This document shows, one piece after another, positions 1-10,266 of a stretch of DNA of 64,000 bases. Below the pieces are notes generated by a model, which saw only the letters and a list, made by a program, of their open reading frames with translations, had not been told where the DNA came from and searched no databases. The position numbers and the translations under genes are program-made. The DNA comes from Candidatus Methanomethylicia archaeon (GTDB lineage: Archaea > Thermoproteota > Methanomethylicia > Culexarchaeales > Culexarchaeaceae): contig JAVYVS010000002.1 of assembly GCA_038727515.1 (NCBI GenBank), forward strand, positions 243,699-307,698, given 5' to 3'. Positions within the stretch are counted from its first letter, which is position 1, and every line of letters begins with the position of its first letter.

Positions 1-860
1 CTATATAGTGGACCTACTTCTTCCACTTCATATTTCGTTTCAGTCATTATTGCAGCTCCCCTTATACAATTTAAAACCTTTTCCTTTAGAATATTGAAAT
101 ATTCTAAGTCTGCAGCTCTTATGCTTACCCTTGCTTCTGCATAATCTGGAATAATATTTGATGCTTCACCACCCTTTAATATTATCCCATGCATCCTTGC
201 ATCCTTCCTAATATGCTGTCTTAAAGCATCTATACCTCTGAACATTATCATTACTGCATTTAATGCGTTTATCCCTAATTCTGGGTTTGCTGCTGCATGT
301 GCAGTTTTACCTCTAAATACTACTCTAAAACTTTGTACTGCAAGAGCTTCAGTTCTAGTTGAAGCTTTTCCTCCACTCGTTGGATGCATCATTAAGACTG
401 CATCTATATCATTAAAAATACCCTTTTCAACCATCATTATTTTGCTTCCAGCATAAGGTCCATTACCTTCTTCAGCTGGTGTTCCTATAACTATTATTTC
501 ACCATTTATTTTATGTATAACCTTTGATATTGCTATTGCAGCTCCAACAGCTGTAGCTGCTATTACATTATGTCCACATCCATGTCCAATTCCTGGTAAT
601 GCATCATATTCCGCTAGAAATGCTATTTTAGGTTTTTCACTCATTCCTTTAAATGAAGCTTTAAAAGCCGTTTTCATACCTAGCAATTCTTCATCAACTT
701 TAAATTCATGCTTCTTTAGAATTCCCGTTAAAAGATTGTATGCCTTAAATTCTTCACTTCCCAATTCCGGGTTTCTATATAGGTATTCACTTATAAAGAG
801 TATTTCATCTCTAAGTTTATCAACCCATGTAAGTGCTTCCGATTTTAATTCGTGCTTCAT
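1..860 (-). CDS. M20D family amidohydrolase (PM20D2/ACY1L2-like), 3' end outside window
   Basis: Absent from the ORF track; my translation from ATG at 860 gives MKHELKSE...NPELGSEE...AEYDALPGIGHGCGHN...GTPAEEG...MMHP...AHAAANP, open to the window edge. Confidence 0.9.
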   Translation of the reverse strand, partial: MKHELKSEALTWVDKLRDEILFISEYLYRNPELGSEEFKAYNLLTGILKKHEFKVDEELLGMKTAFKASFKGMSEKPKIAFLAEYDALPGIGHGCGHNVIAATAVGAAIAISKVIHKINGEIIVIGTPAEEGNGPYAGSKIMMVEKGIFNDIDAVLMMHPTSGGKASTRTEALAVQSFRVVFRGKTAHAAANPELGINALNAVMIMFRGIDALRQHIRKDARMHGIILKGGEASNIIPDYAEARVSIRAADLEYFNILKEKVLNCIRGAAIMTETKYEVEEVGPLY

Positions 861-947
861 ATTTAACTCTCCATTTAATTTTACTTTTAGCTTATATTTC
901 ATACAATATTTAACTATTCCTATTCATAATATTATCATGTGGATGTT

Positions 948-1622
948 ATGTCTGTTTTTATATCGCAGGAGGTTAAAAGTAGTTTTCCAGATATAAAGTT
1001 GTGTACTGCTTTAGTTTCAGATGTGGATGTAAATGTACATACACCTTTGCTGGATGAAGAGTTTCTCAATATTGAAAGAGAGATTAAAGGTAAATTATCA
1101 TTGGATTCTTTGAAGGATTATGGTAATATTAGGATTTATAGAGATTTCTATTGGCGTATTGGTATTGATCCAACGAAACAGAGACCTGCAGCTGAAGCTT
1201 TGATTAGACGTATTCTTCAAGGGCGTTCTATACCAAGAATAAATGCTGCTGTAGATTGTATTAATCTTGCTTCAATAAAATTTATGGTTTCAATTGCTGC
1301 ATATGATTTCGATAAGATCGTTGGAAAGATAAATCTAAGATTTTCTAGAGATGGAGAATTATTTCTTGGTATTGGTGAATCAGAGTTTAAACCTATACCT
1401 AAACAACTTGTTTTAGCTGATGATGAAAAGATAGTTGGATTGTATCCCCATAGAGATTCTGAACTTTCAAAAATAACTCCTTTAACTAAGAATATCATTA
1501 TGATTTCTTGTGGTGTTCCAGGGATCTCCATCGATGTATTATTTAATGCTATTGATTTTGCATCTAAACTTCTAGAGAATTATTGTCATGGTAAAACTCT
1601 ATGGATTAAACCTGTATATTGA
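948..1622 (+). CDS. Stand-alone B3/B4 domain protein (PheT editing-domain-like)
   Basis: GIDPTKQRPAAEALIRR, INAAVDCIN, AYDFDKI motifs; ATG 948 preferred over GTG 939. Confidence 0.85.
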   Translation: MSVFISQEVKSSFPDIKLCTALVSDVDVNVHTPLLDEEFLNIEREIKGKLSLDSLKDYGNIRIYRDFYWRIGIDPTKQRPAAEALIRRILQGRSIPRINAAVDCINLASIKFMVSIAAYDFDKIVGKINLRFSRDGELFLGIGESEFKPIPKQLVLADDEKIVGLYPHRDSELSKITPLTKNIIMISCGVPGISIDVLFNAIDFASKLLENYCHGKTLWIKPVY

Positions 1623-2331
1623 TTTTATACCATAACTCCCTTAGTACTGGTATCTTTGAAATCTTACTTTTATCTATTAAATTCCAATATATCCCCTTAG
1701 GTTTTTCCCTTATCCTATTTGTTGTTATGATCTTTGTTGGTGTTACTATGATATCTACTGGAACATCATATGGATCTACTTTAAAATCGTAATCTACAAT
1801 TTGTATATCGTGAACTGTTGTTATAACTGGAGTTTCCTCTTCAACTTTCCCATATTCTCTAGCTAAACCCCATTCTATTTCAGAGTATCCTTCACCCTTC
1901 CCTATCCTATTACCACGTTTATTTACAGCTACACTTCCAACTATCACTAGATCTATTTTTGGTAGGTCCTCCGGTTTTACTTCCACACCATACTTAAATG
2001 CACCTTTAATTGTAGATGCATAATCATAATTTTTCCTTTCAATTTTATTTGGATCTAGCAGTAGGAATCCATTGGAAATTCTTGGGGTTGGCATTATCAA
2101 TATCTTACCCCAATTTAATGCTAATCTCCTAACACTTTTCTGCGGAGAATCAGGATTCACCTTAACTACTCTAGCCCTCTTCCATATTTCCAATGTTATT
2201 AATTTTTCTGCTGCTTTTTCAGCTCCAATGAAGTTTGGTATTCTACCATAAGCTCCTGGGAAAACTGCTATTCCTTCCTCCTCCATTTTCCTCCATATTT
2301 CCTCTCTAATCTTTTGTTTTTCATAGATCAT
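1606..2331 (-). CDS. 5-formyltetrahydrofolate cyclo-ligase family protein (archaeal MTHFSD-like)
   Basis: [33 protein letters not shown]. Confidence 0.85.
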   Translation of the reverse strand: MIYEKQKIREEIWRKMEEEGIAVFPGAYGRIPNFIGAEKAAEKLITLEIWKRARVVKVNPDSPQKSVRRLALNWGKILIMPTPRISNGFLLLDPNKIERKNYDYASTIKGAFKYGVEVKPEDLPKIDLVIVGSVAVNKRGNRIGKGEGYSEIEWGLAREYGKVEEETPVITTVHDIQIVDYDFKVDPYDVPVDIIVTPTKIITTNRIREKPKGIYWNLIDKSKISKIPVLRELWYKINIQV

Positions 2332-2337
2332 TGATTA

Positions 2338-4143
2338 TCACTTTGAAATGGTTTTCATTGATATAGTTATTATTCTTATGGAATTGTTTATTGCATCCAA
2401 AAGCTTTTTCCTTTCTCTTAATATTTTTGTCTCCCAAAGCCTCATTTCATCATCCTCTATATTTAAATCCATTATCTTATTGATTATACTGTATAATACT
2501 GGTATTGGCTTCCCAGTTAGATAATATCCATATGGATCATAATCATATCTTCCAGCTTCAGTTGTAAGTATATGTGAAAGTTCATGGCTTATTCTTATTA
2601 AAGCTTTATTTATTATATTTAATTTGAAATTCACTTCATCTACCAATCCTTTAATTTCATATTCCCTTTTCACATCTTCTTTACATTTTTCAAATTCTTC
2701 TAATACTTCATAAAGTATTTTTGCTCTTTCTATTGTATCGTTAATGCTAATATTAGTTTTTGTTTTTATAATGTCTTCATAGTATTCTAGATTTCTCAGT
2801 AAATTTTTTACAACAACCATATGGTTGTATGGTATTATTATTGAATTGCATAGTCTGAATATAAGTTTTAGATAGAATTCCATGTGTTTCTCATATAGTT
2901 TTAGATCTATTTTGTCTATTGTGTCAGCTTCACTATGTAACCATGGACTTAGTGTAGCATAATTCAATTCTTTAACTTTTTCCTCCGTATATTGTGTGCT
3001 GAAGGATATGTATGGTATCCCAATACCCATGAAGGATTCGTCTCCACCCATATATGGTTGCTTCCAAACACCATCAACACCCCAAACTTCTCTAACAACT
3101 TCTAATGCGAAATCTCTTAATTCCAATGAACATCTAACTGTTGGTACCTCTGTCCCAATTATTCCAGGATTATCAATATTTACATATGCTATGCAATTCT
3201 CATCTAATATACTCCAATACTTATCTACAAACCATGCTGAACCTGCTGCTTCAGCTATTTCATGCCCATCCCAAAATCCAAATATAACATTTCTATTCAA
3301 CTCCCCTTTATACTTCGATAGAACTTTTGCAATTTCCATCATCATAGCATTTCCACTGGAATTACATATTGCAGTTTTACCCCATGCTTCCAAATGTCCA
3401 CCTACAACTATAAACTCCTCTTTTCCATTATTTATGTCTACCATTGGTTGTGTTGCTTTCACCCATAAATTTTCCGAAGCTCCATATAACCAAACTTTTA
3501 CTTCCCCTTTCTCCCTTATCAACTTCTTTAGATATTCTCCAGCCGCCCTCGTTATGCTTATAACGGTTATTCTTGGAATTTTAAGCCAACCTTCAGGTGT
3601 CGGATTTCCCCATACAGATTTTATAGCACCCTTTTGTATAACAGGATTTTCCATAGTTCCCCAATTCATTATTATCAATGCTTTTGCACCTAATTCATAT
3701 GCTATTCTAGCTTTTTCAGGTCTTGGAGGATCCCAACTCATTTCTGCTAATACTATTTTATTCCTAACATCTTTACCTCTATAATCTTCGTAGCTTCCAG
3801 GTCCAACGTAAATTAGTGATCCACTTATTCCTTCTTCTAATGTTGATAATATATGACCACATGGTTTTGCTTCTATAATCCTTTGTTCTGGTTCTAAAAC
3901 TTTTAGTATTGCTTCCTTTGGGTAGCTGTGATATATTGGGAATCTTTCAACCCATGTACTTAAATTATATTTAGATAATTCTTCAACAATATACTTCGCG
4001 GCTTTTTCTATTTCCATGGTTCCAGCAATTCTCTCTCCAACTTCCTCCACTAAATATCTCATATATTCAAAGGCTTTTTGTACTGATGCATCTTTAAGGA
4101 TTTTTCCTTCAATTTCTTGTTTTATTACAATGTTTTTCATCAT
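2338..4143 (-). CDS. M28 family peptidase with PA domain
   Basis: PA-domain (DYRGKDVRNKIVL, GAKALII), VGGHLEAW, WDGHE, YVNID, HSEADT; start is 4140, 4143 or 4146. Confidence 0.8.
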   Translation of the reverse strand: MMKNIVIKQEIEGKILKDASVQKAFEYMRYLVEEVGERIAGTMEIEKAAKYIVEELSKYNLSTWVERFPIYHSYPKEAILKVLEPEQRIIEAKPCGHILSTLEEGISGSLIYVGPGSYEDYRGKDVRNKIVLAEMSWDPPRPEKARIAYELGAKALIIMNWGTMENPVIQKGAIKSVWGNPTPEGWLKIPRITVISITRAAGEYLKKLIREKGEVKVWLYGASENLWVKATQPMVDINNGKEEFIVVGGHLEAWGKTAICNSSGNAMMMEIAKVLSKYKGELNRNVIFGFWDGHEIAEAAGSAWFVDKYWSILDENCIAYVNIDNPGIIGTEVPTVRCSLELRDFALEVVREVWGVDGVWKQPYMGGDESFMGIGIPYISFSTQYTEEKVKELNYATLSPWLHSEADTIDKIDLKLYEKHMEFYLKLIFRLCNSIIIPYNHMVVVKNLLRNLEYYEDIIKTKTNISINDTIERAKILYEVLEEFEKCKEDVKREYEIKGLVDEVNFKLNIINKALIRISHELSHILTTEAGRYDYDPYGYYLTGKPIPVLYSIINKIMDLNIEDDEMRLWETKILRERKKLLDAINNSIRIITISMKTISK

Positions 4144-4203
4144 CAATATATCTTTATGGATAGCTTCATATAAGCATTTCCAAATAATAATTATTGATTT
4201 ACT

Positions 4204-5580
4204 ATGGATTACAATGAACTTCTAAAATTTGTAGATGATTCTTCTAGTGAGATTATCTCCTTCCTTAGATCTATTATACGTTTTAATACGTCTAATCCTC
4301 CTGGAAATGAACTTCCATTAGCTCAATACATATATGATTTCCTTTCACGTGAAGGTTTAAATTGTGAAGTTATTGAATCTAGTGAAGGTAGGGGGAACGT
4401 TATTGCATATCTCCCTGGTGAAGATGATTCAAAACGTCTATTATATCTATCACATTTAGATGTTGTTCCACCTGGAGATTTATCGCTTTGGAGTTATGAT
4501 CCTTTTTCAGCTAATATGGATGGAAATTGGATTTATGGTAGAGGAGCTTTAGATTGTAAAAGCCTAGTTACTGCAGAAGTTTTTTCTTTGGTTTTACTTA
4601 AACGTTTAGGTATTAAACCAAAGTATAAGATAATTTTAGCTGCTACAGCTGATGAAGAAACTGGTGGTTATAGAGGTATTGGATGGATAGCCTCTAAATA
4701 TCCTGAGAAGGTTAAAGCTGATTATGTTATTAATGAGGGTGGTGGATTGCCCATTAGAGGTAGGGGTGGTAAACTAGTGTATTTAGTGGATGTATGTGAA
4801 AAGGGTTATTGTAATGTTAAGATTAAGGTTAGTGGTAGAGGTGGGCATTCTTCAGTTCCATATACTAGTGATAATGCATTATATTTAATGAGTTTAATTG
4901 TTAAGAGATTATATGAATGTGAACCACCAACATATAAATTTGAAATTGTGGAGGAAAGTTTTAAAAAGATTTTTAAACATTTTGCTGGTTTTCTAGGTTC
5001 TATATTGGCGTCAATGATATTTTCTCCACTACGTGGATTAGCCTTTAAACTTATCTCAAAATTTGAACCTAATATGGTTAATTTTATTAAATCGCTTATG
5101 GGTATGACCATAGCTCCAACCATTGTTAGAAGTGGTGAAAAGGAGAATGTTATTCCAAGTTCAGCTGAAATTACAGTTAATTGTAGACTTTTACCGGGAC
5201 AAGATGATGGATACGTAAAATCAGTATTGAAAGAAGTTTTAAAGGGATTTGAGAAGGTTGATATAAATGTTTTAAGTTGGTTTCCAGCCTCCTACTCCCC
5301 TATAGATTCAGCTTTCTTTAATGTGATGGAATCTACATTAAAATTGATATTACCAGGCTATGATGTTAGCATAGCTCCATTTGTTATGCCTGGATCTTCT
5401 GATAGTAGATTTTTAAGGGGTTTAGGAGCGAATGTCTATGGTTTTTCACCATTAAACCCAAAATTGAAGTATAGTGAATTAATGAATTTAGCCCATGGAG
5501 TTAATGAGAGGATTGATGTTGAAAGTTTAATTCTATCCACAAAATACTTGACACTTTTACCATTAAAATTAAATTTTTGA
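4204..5580 (+). CDS. M20A (ArgE/DapE-like) metallopeptidase
   Basis: SHLDVVP, GRGALDCK, ADEETGG, NEGG, AHGVNE. Confidence 0.9.
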   Translation: MDYNELLKFVDDSSSEIISFLRSIIRFNTSNPPGNELPLAQYIYDFLSREGLNCEVIESSEGRGNVIAYLPGEDDSKRLLYLSHLDVVPPGDLSLWSYDPFSANMDGNWIYGRGALDCKSLVTAEVFSLVLLKRLGIKPKYKIILAATADEETGGYRGIGWIASKYPEKVKADYVINEGGGLPIRGRGGKLVYLVDVCEKGYCNVKIKVSGRGGHSSVPYTSDNALYLMSLIVKRLYECEPPTYKFEIVEESFKKIFKHFAGFLGSILASMIFSPLRGLAFKLISKFEPNMVNFIKSLMGMTIAPTIVRSGEKENVIPSSAEITVNCRLLPGQDDGYVKSVLKEVLKGFEKVDINVLSWFPASYSPIDSAFFNVMESTLKLILPGYDVSIAPFVMPGSSDSRFLRGLGANVYGFSPLNPKLKYSELMNLAHGVNERIDVESLILSTKYLTLLPLKLNF

Positions 5581-6045
5581 TTTTAATTTATTATCTTCAC
5601 ATATTATTTCCATTAATATTTTTATGGTATCTTCAACGAATTTCATACATTTCTTCTCCTTTAAATTCTCTATTCTAAATTTTTCTCTATCCTCTTCCTT
5701 TATTAGTTTTAAGCCTATTAGCTTTTCACAGTGTATTTCACCATGTATTTTTCGGAATTTGCATATTAACTCCTGAACTTTCTCCATACATTTTTCATAT
5801 GTAATTAAATCCTCTGGGATATCTCTACCATATATTGCACTTATAATCATTATTCCTGCACCTATTGCTCCACATACTTCTCCAATTCTACCTATCCCAG
5901 CTGAGAATCCTGTAGCTATTCGTGGTGTTAACCATTCAGGTATTTTTGCTCTTTTATTTAATGCTATTATTACTGATTCTGCACATGAATACCCTTTTCT
6001 CATCCCATTTAAAGCTTCATCTAATACTTCCCTATCTATCTCCAT
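5569..6045 (-). CDS. C-GCAxxG-C-C family putative redox-active protein
   Basis: YSCAES, VCGAIGAG, HCEKL, KCMK cysteine pattern. Confidence 0.85.
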   Translation of the reverse strand: MEIDREVLDEALNGMRKGYSCAESVIIALNKRAKIPEWLTPRIATGFSAGIGRIGEVCGAIGAGIMIISAIYGRDIPEDLITYEKCMEKVQELICKFRKIHGEIHCEKLIGLKLIKEEDREKFRIENLKEKKCMKFVEDTIKILMEIICEDNKLKSKI

Positions 6046-6093
6046 TGAAATTAGTTAATGTTAAGTTATATATAGTATTTACCCTATCTATTA

Positions 6094-7491
6094 TTGATGG
6101 ATATGTTTTCTCTAGATGAAATTCTAAGTATCATAGATAGTGTTTTTGAAAAACCAATAAAATCTGATTTTACTGAAGTGAGATTTCATGGGCGTAGAGA
6201 ACTATCTGTTTTAGTTAGGAATGGTGAGGTTGAAAGGATTGGTCATGGTTTTATAGCTGGATTTTGTGCTAGAAGCCTTGTTAATGGAAGTTGGGGTTTT
6301 TCTTCTACAACTAAATTGTCTCTTGATGATGTTAAATCAATTATTGATGCTTCAATTAATTCTGCGAGAGCTTCACGTAAATATATGGGTAGAAGGATTT
6401 CTTTGGGTGATAGAAAAAGTTTTAGAGATACTTACGTTACACCCATGAAGAAGGATCCAGTTAATGTTGATGTTAATGATATTGTTAGAGAAGCTCTTAA
6501 TGTTCATGAACATGTTAGGAGTATATCGCCATTAATAACTCTTGATACTATTAGTATTGGATTTGTTGATGATTATCTTGCTTATGCTAGTAGTGATGGC
6601 TCATTTATTATTCAGAGGATTGTTAGATGTTCTGGTACATGTTCTGTTGCTGCTAGGGAAGCTGGAAATATAGCTTCTGGATTTGAGAGTGTTGGAGCTC
6701 AATCTGGATTTGAAATATTTGATGAAACTCCTCTATTAAATGCTGCTGAAACTGCTGCTAAGCGTGCCGTTAGACTTGTAAATGCAGGTTTACCTAAAGG
6801 TGGATATTCCACAGTAGTTTTGGATAGAGATATCGTTGGCTTATTAGCTCATGAAGCTGTTGGTCATACTGCTGAAGCAGATCTAGTTTACTCTGGTAGT
6901 TATTTGGCTGGTAAAATTGGTGTTGAAATTGCTTCTCCATTAATAACTCTCGTTGATGATGGTAGATTTGAAAGAGGTTTTGGAACTATGATGTATGATG
7001 ATGAAGGAACCCCAACCCAAAGAACTGTGATTATAGAAAGGGGGATTTGTAAAAGCTATATGCATTCTAGGGAGACAGCTTATGAAATGGGTTTTGAACC
7101 TACTGGTAACGCTAGGGCATGGACCTTTGAATATGATCCAATAATACGTATGCGTAATACGTATATTGAAGCTGGTGATCATAGTCTTGAAGAATTAATT
7201 GAAGGTGTAGAGCATGGATATCTATTAATTGGTGGGAGAGGTGGTCAAGCTGATTCAACTGGTGAATTCATGTTTGGTGTTCAAGAAACCATAGAGATAA
7301 AGAATGGTAAACTTGGAGATCATTATAGAGGGGTAACTATTAGTGGAAATGCATTTGATGTTTTAAAGGCTGTAGATGCTGTTGGTAAAGATTTTGCTTT
7401 AAGGAGGGGTATGTGTGGTAAAGAGCAGCCTAATTATGTTGGTATGGGTGGACCAAGTATTAGAACTAAGGTTATTGTGGGTGGGAGGTGA
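6094..7491 (+). CDS. tldD: TldD metalloprotease subunit
   Basis: HEAVGH, DDEG, TGNAR, RMRNTY, C-terminal CGK. Confidence 0.9.
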   Translation: MMDMFSLDEILSIIDSVFEKPIKSDFTEVRFHGRRELSVLVRNGEVERIGHGFIAGFCARSLVNGSWGFSSTTKLSLDDVKSIIDASINSARASRKYMGRRISLGDRKSFRDTYVTPMKKDPVNVDVNDIVREALNVHEHVRSISPLITLDTISIGFVDDYLAYASSDGSFIIQRIVRCSGTCSVAAREAGNIASGFESVGAQSGFEIFDETPLLNAAETAAKRAVRLVNAGLPKGGYSTVVLDRDIVGLLAHEAVGHTAEADLVYSGSYLAGKIGVEIASPLITLVDDGRFERGFGTMMYDDEGTPTQRTVIIERGICKSYMHSRETAYEMGFEPTGNARAWTFEYDPIIRMRNTYIEAGDHSLEELIEGVEHGYLLIGGRGGQADSTGEFMFGVQETIEIKNGKLGDHYRGVTISGNAFDVLKAVDAVGKDFALRRGMCGKEQPNYVGMGGPSIRTKVIVGGR

Positions 7492-8843
7492 AGGTTATGT
7501 CTTCACTATTTGAGATTGCTGAGAAATCTGTTAAAATTGCTTGTAGGGAAGGTGCAAATGAAGCTGAAGCTTATGTAGAGCGTAGTAAAGTCTTAGAAGT
7601 CTTCTTAGAACGTAATGATTTTAAGACTGTTAGAGTTAAGTGGCATATGGGTATTGGTGTTAGAGCAATTTATGATAAGAGGATTGGATTCGCATATGCT
7701 TCAAGTCTTAAACCTTCAGATATTGATTGGGTTTCTAAGAAGGCTGTTGAAAATTCTAAGTTATCTCCAAAATTGAAGGATTGGGTTTCACTTCCACATC
7801 CAATGCCTCTACCAAGAGTTGAGGGAACATTTTGTAATGACATTGCAAATATATCTGAAGAACAACTTGTGGATTTAGCTAAGAGAAGTTATGATGCTAT
7901 TTTTGAAGCTGATAAGAGAGCTAAATGTGATGATGGTAAGATCTCAGCTGTTATTGAGGAGACTGTTATAGCTAATAGTAATGGTATTCTAGTTGGTGAA
8001 GAAGGTACTGCTATTAGTGGTTATATTGTTTGTGTAGCTTCTGAAGCTGGTAAAACCTCTAGTTTCGCCACTGGAATTAGTAATGCACGTTTACTATCTC
8101 AATTTAACCCTGAAGATATGGGTCGTGAAGCAGCTCTATTAGCTGTTAGATCTCTTAATCCACGTAAAATTGGGTCTTTTACTGGTGATGTTATATTGGA
8201 GTGGACGCCAGTATCAAGTATACTAATACCTGTTATCAATTTTAGTGTTAATGCAGATATGGTTCAGAGAAAGAGTAGTTTATGGGCTGGTAAGATTGGT
8301 GAAAAAGTTCTTTCTGATGTTATTAATATCGTTGATAATGGTGTAATACCTGGTGGAATGGCTACATCTATGTTTGATGGTGAAGGTGTAGCTAGAAGGG
8401 AAACTGTATTGATTTCTTCTGGAATTTTAAGGAATTATCTTTATGATTCATATACTGCTTTTAAAGAATCTAAGGAAAGTACTGGTAATGCTGGTAGACC
8501 ATCTTATGCATCTATACCTTCAATTTCACCATCAAATCTAATAATGTATGAAGGTTCTAAAAGTATTGATGAACTCATTTTAGAAGTAGATAAGGGATTG
8601 CTTGTTGGTAGGTTTAGTGGTAATATTGAACCTGCTTCAGGTCTATTTTCTGGAACTGTTAAACAAAGTGTTTATATTGAGGATGGAGAAGTAAAGTTTG
8701 CTGTTGAAGAGACTATGATATCTGGAAATGTATTTCAACTTTTAAATAGAGATGTTATTCTTGGTAAACCTAGGAGAGTTATTGGTAATACCCAAATTCC
8801 ACCAGTATTATTGAGAGATGTAAATATAATATCAAAAACATAA
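7488..8843 (+). CDS. pmbA: PmbA/TldE subunit
   Basis: FDGEG, STGNAGR, no HExxxH; 4-nt overlap with tldD (alternative ATG 7497). Confidence 0.88.
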   Translation: MKVMSSLFEIAEKSVKIACREGANEAEAYVERSKVLEVFLERNDFKTVRVKWHMGIGVRAIYDKRIGFAYASSLKPSDIDWVSKKAVENSKLSPKLKDWVSLPHPMPLPRVEGTFCNDIANISEEQLVDLAKRSYDAIFEADKRAKCDDGKISAVIEETVIANSNGILVGEEGTAISGYIVCVASEAGKTSSFATGISNARLLSQFNPEDMGREAALLAVRSLNPRKIGSFTGDVILEWTPVSSILIPVINFSVNADMVQRKSSLWAGKIGEKVLSDVINIVDNGVIPGGMATSMFDGEGVARRETVLISSGILRNYLYDSYTAFKESKESTGNAGRPSYASIPSISPSNLIMYEGSKSIDELILEVDKGLLVGRFSGNIEPASGLFSGTVKQSVYIEDGEVKFAVEETMISGNVFQLLNRDVILGKPRRVIGNTQIPPVLLRDVNIISKT

Positions 8844-8885
8844 TTTTATCGCAACATTTTTCTATTATTTTAATCAAATGAGTAT

Positions 8886-9377
8886 TTGAGTTACATGTTT
8901 GTTATACATATATTGAATGTTAAAGATTGGTTTAACTTTTTAAGTGAATTTGAAAAATTTATTAAGAGTGATGAATTTCGTAGAGTTTCAAAGTTTTCCA
9001 ATACCTATATTAAGATGCGTTTTCATGGTACATTACTATTGGATGTTGATGGAATTAAGAGTGTTGGTGATTTTGAATATTGGGATATTTATGGTGATGG
9101 TAATCTCATTGGATATTTAGAGGTTGCATATATGGATCAACACTTCTTTTCATTATCTGTTGAAGCTATAGATGCCCTTTTAAGCGATGAGGATTTAAAG
9201 GAGTTTATGTTGAGTGGTGCTCGTTGGGCTTCCCCCGTCTCTCCAATATCTTTATCCTTAAGCTTTGATGTTTCTGATGAAGTTAAAAACTTGATAAATG
9301 TTTTTGTTTCAAATTATCGAGATGATTACCCCAATCAAATTGCTATGAAATTTGCTCCTAGAGCTATTATATGTTGA
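8886..9377 (+). CDS. Hypothetical protein
   Basis: 163-aa ORF filling the gap with typical + strand codon usage; no motif recognised. Confidence 0.6.
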   Translation: MSYMFVIHILNVKDWFNFLSEFEKFIKSDEFRRVSKFSNTYIKMRFHGTLLLDVDGIKSVGDFEYWDIYGDGNLIGYLEVAYMDQHFFSLSVEAIDALLSDEDLKEFMLSGARWASPVSPISLSLSFDVSDEVKNLINVFVSNYRDDYPNQIAMKFAPRAIIC

Positions 9378-9386
9378 TGGTTTATA

Positions 9387-10235
9387 CTAAATTTTAATCC
9401 ATTTTCTACCCTTTTCCTCTAGATATCTTATTGTCATTTCTCTATGGTTTCTTTTTAAACCCTTCCATTCTATTAATACATAGTTCACTTCTTCATCATT
9501 TCTTTTAATTGCCATTTCCAGCTCCCTTTCAGTTATCTTGTCATATACATATTCAGGTATTATATGTCCTATAGCATATTCTGTTTCAAGGATTTTCCTT
9601 GTAAATGTTGGTGCATAATGTGGTCCTCCAAGTCCTATGGCAACTTTATATTCATTACATTTCATTTTAAATCTGTTTTCTATAACTTTAATTATTGCTT
9701 CTGAAACTATGTATGCTGCTCTTTCATCCCTCCAATTTTCTTCTACGCTTCCAAGTTCTATGAATATTGTTGGTGTATTTTCTACGTATGGGCCGTGATG
9801 AGTTACTTCTAATCCAACTTTATACTCACTTAGATTATTTTCTCTAGTTAATTTCTCCATTTCATTTACAGCTATTTTCAGAGCTTTTGGAGATGCTATT
9901 GCTATTTTTCTTGATTCTCCACCTAAACTTGTATCTTCAGTCCAATTTCCAGGTGTATGCGATAGTAATGCTGGTATCCTACTTTCTGCTGAGTGTCTAG
10001 ATGCAAATATAAATAATTCTGCTTTAAATTTATCTTCAAGTTTTTCAGCATATATTGAATCTACTGGTATTTCTACAATTAATGCTTCAATATTTTTGTT
10101 ACGATATACCTTTATGCCACTTGAATACTCCATTTTAAAATTATGATTTCTAATTAACTGATTTTTTATGTTTTGTGCCGCTATATCATTTATTGATGCA
10201 AATACTATTACCCTTGATTCTATTATTATAGTCAT
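9387..10235 (-). CDS. dtdA: D-aminoacyl-tRNA deacylase (archaeal DTD2 type)
   Basis: SRHSA, HTPGN, EVTHHGP, FIELGS, GGPHYAP. Confidence 0.9.
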   Translation of the reverse strand: MTIIIESRVIVFASINDIAAQNIKNQLIRNHNFKMEYSSGIKVYRNKNIEALIVEIPVDSIYAEKLEDKFKAELFIFASRHSAESRIPALLSHTPGNWTEDTSLGGESRKIAIASPKALKIAVNEMEKLTRENNLSEYKVGLEVTHHGPYVENTPTIFIELGSVEENWRDERAAYIVSEAIIKVIENRFKMKCNEYKVAIGLGGPHYAPTFTRKILETEYAIGHIIPEYVYDKITERELEMAIKRNDEEVNYVLIEWKGLKRNHREMTIRYLEEKGRKWIKI

Positions 10236-10266
10236 TTAATTTCATTAATTGATTGTCCATCTAGAT

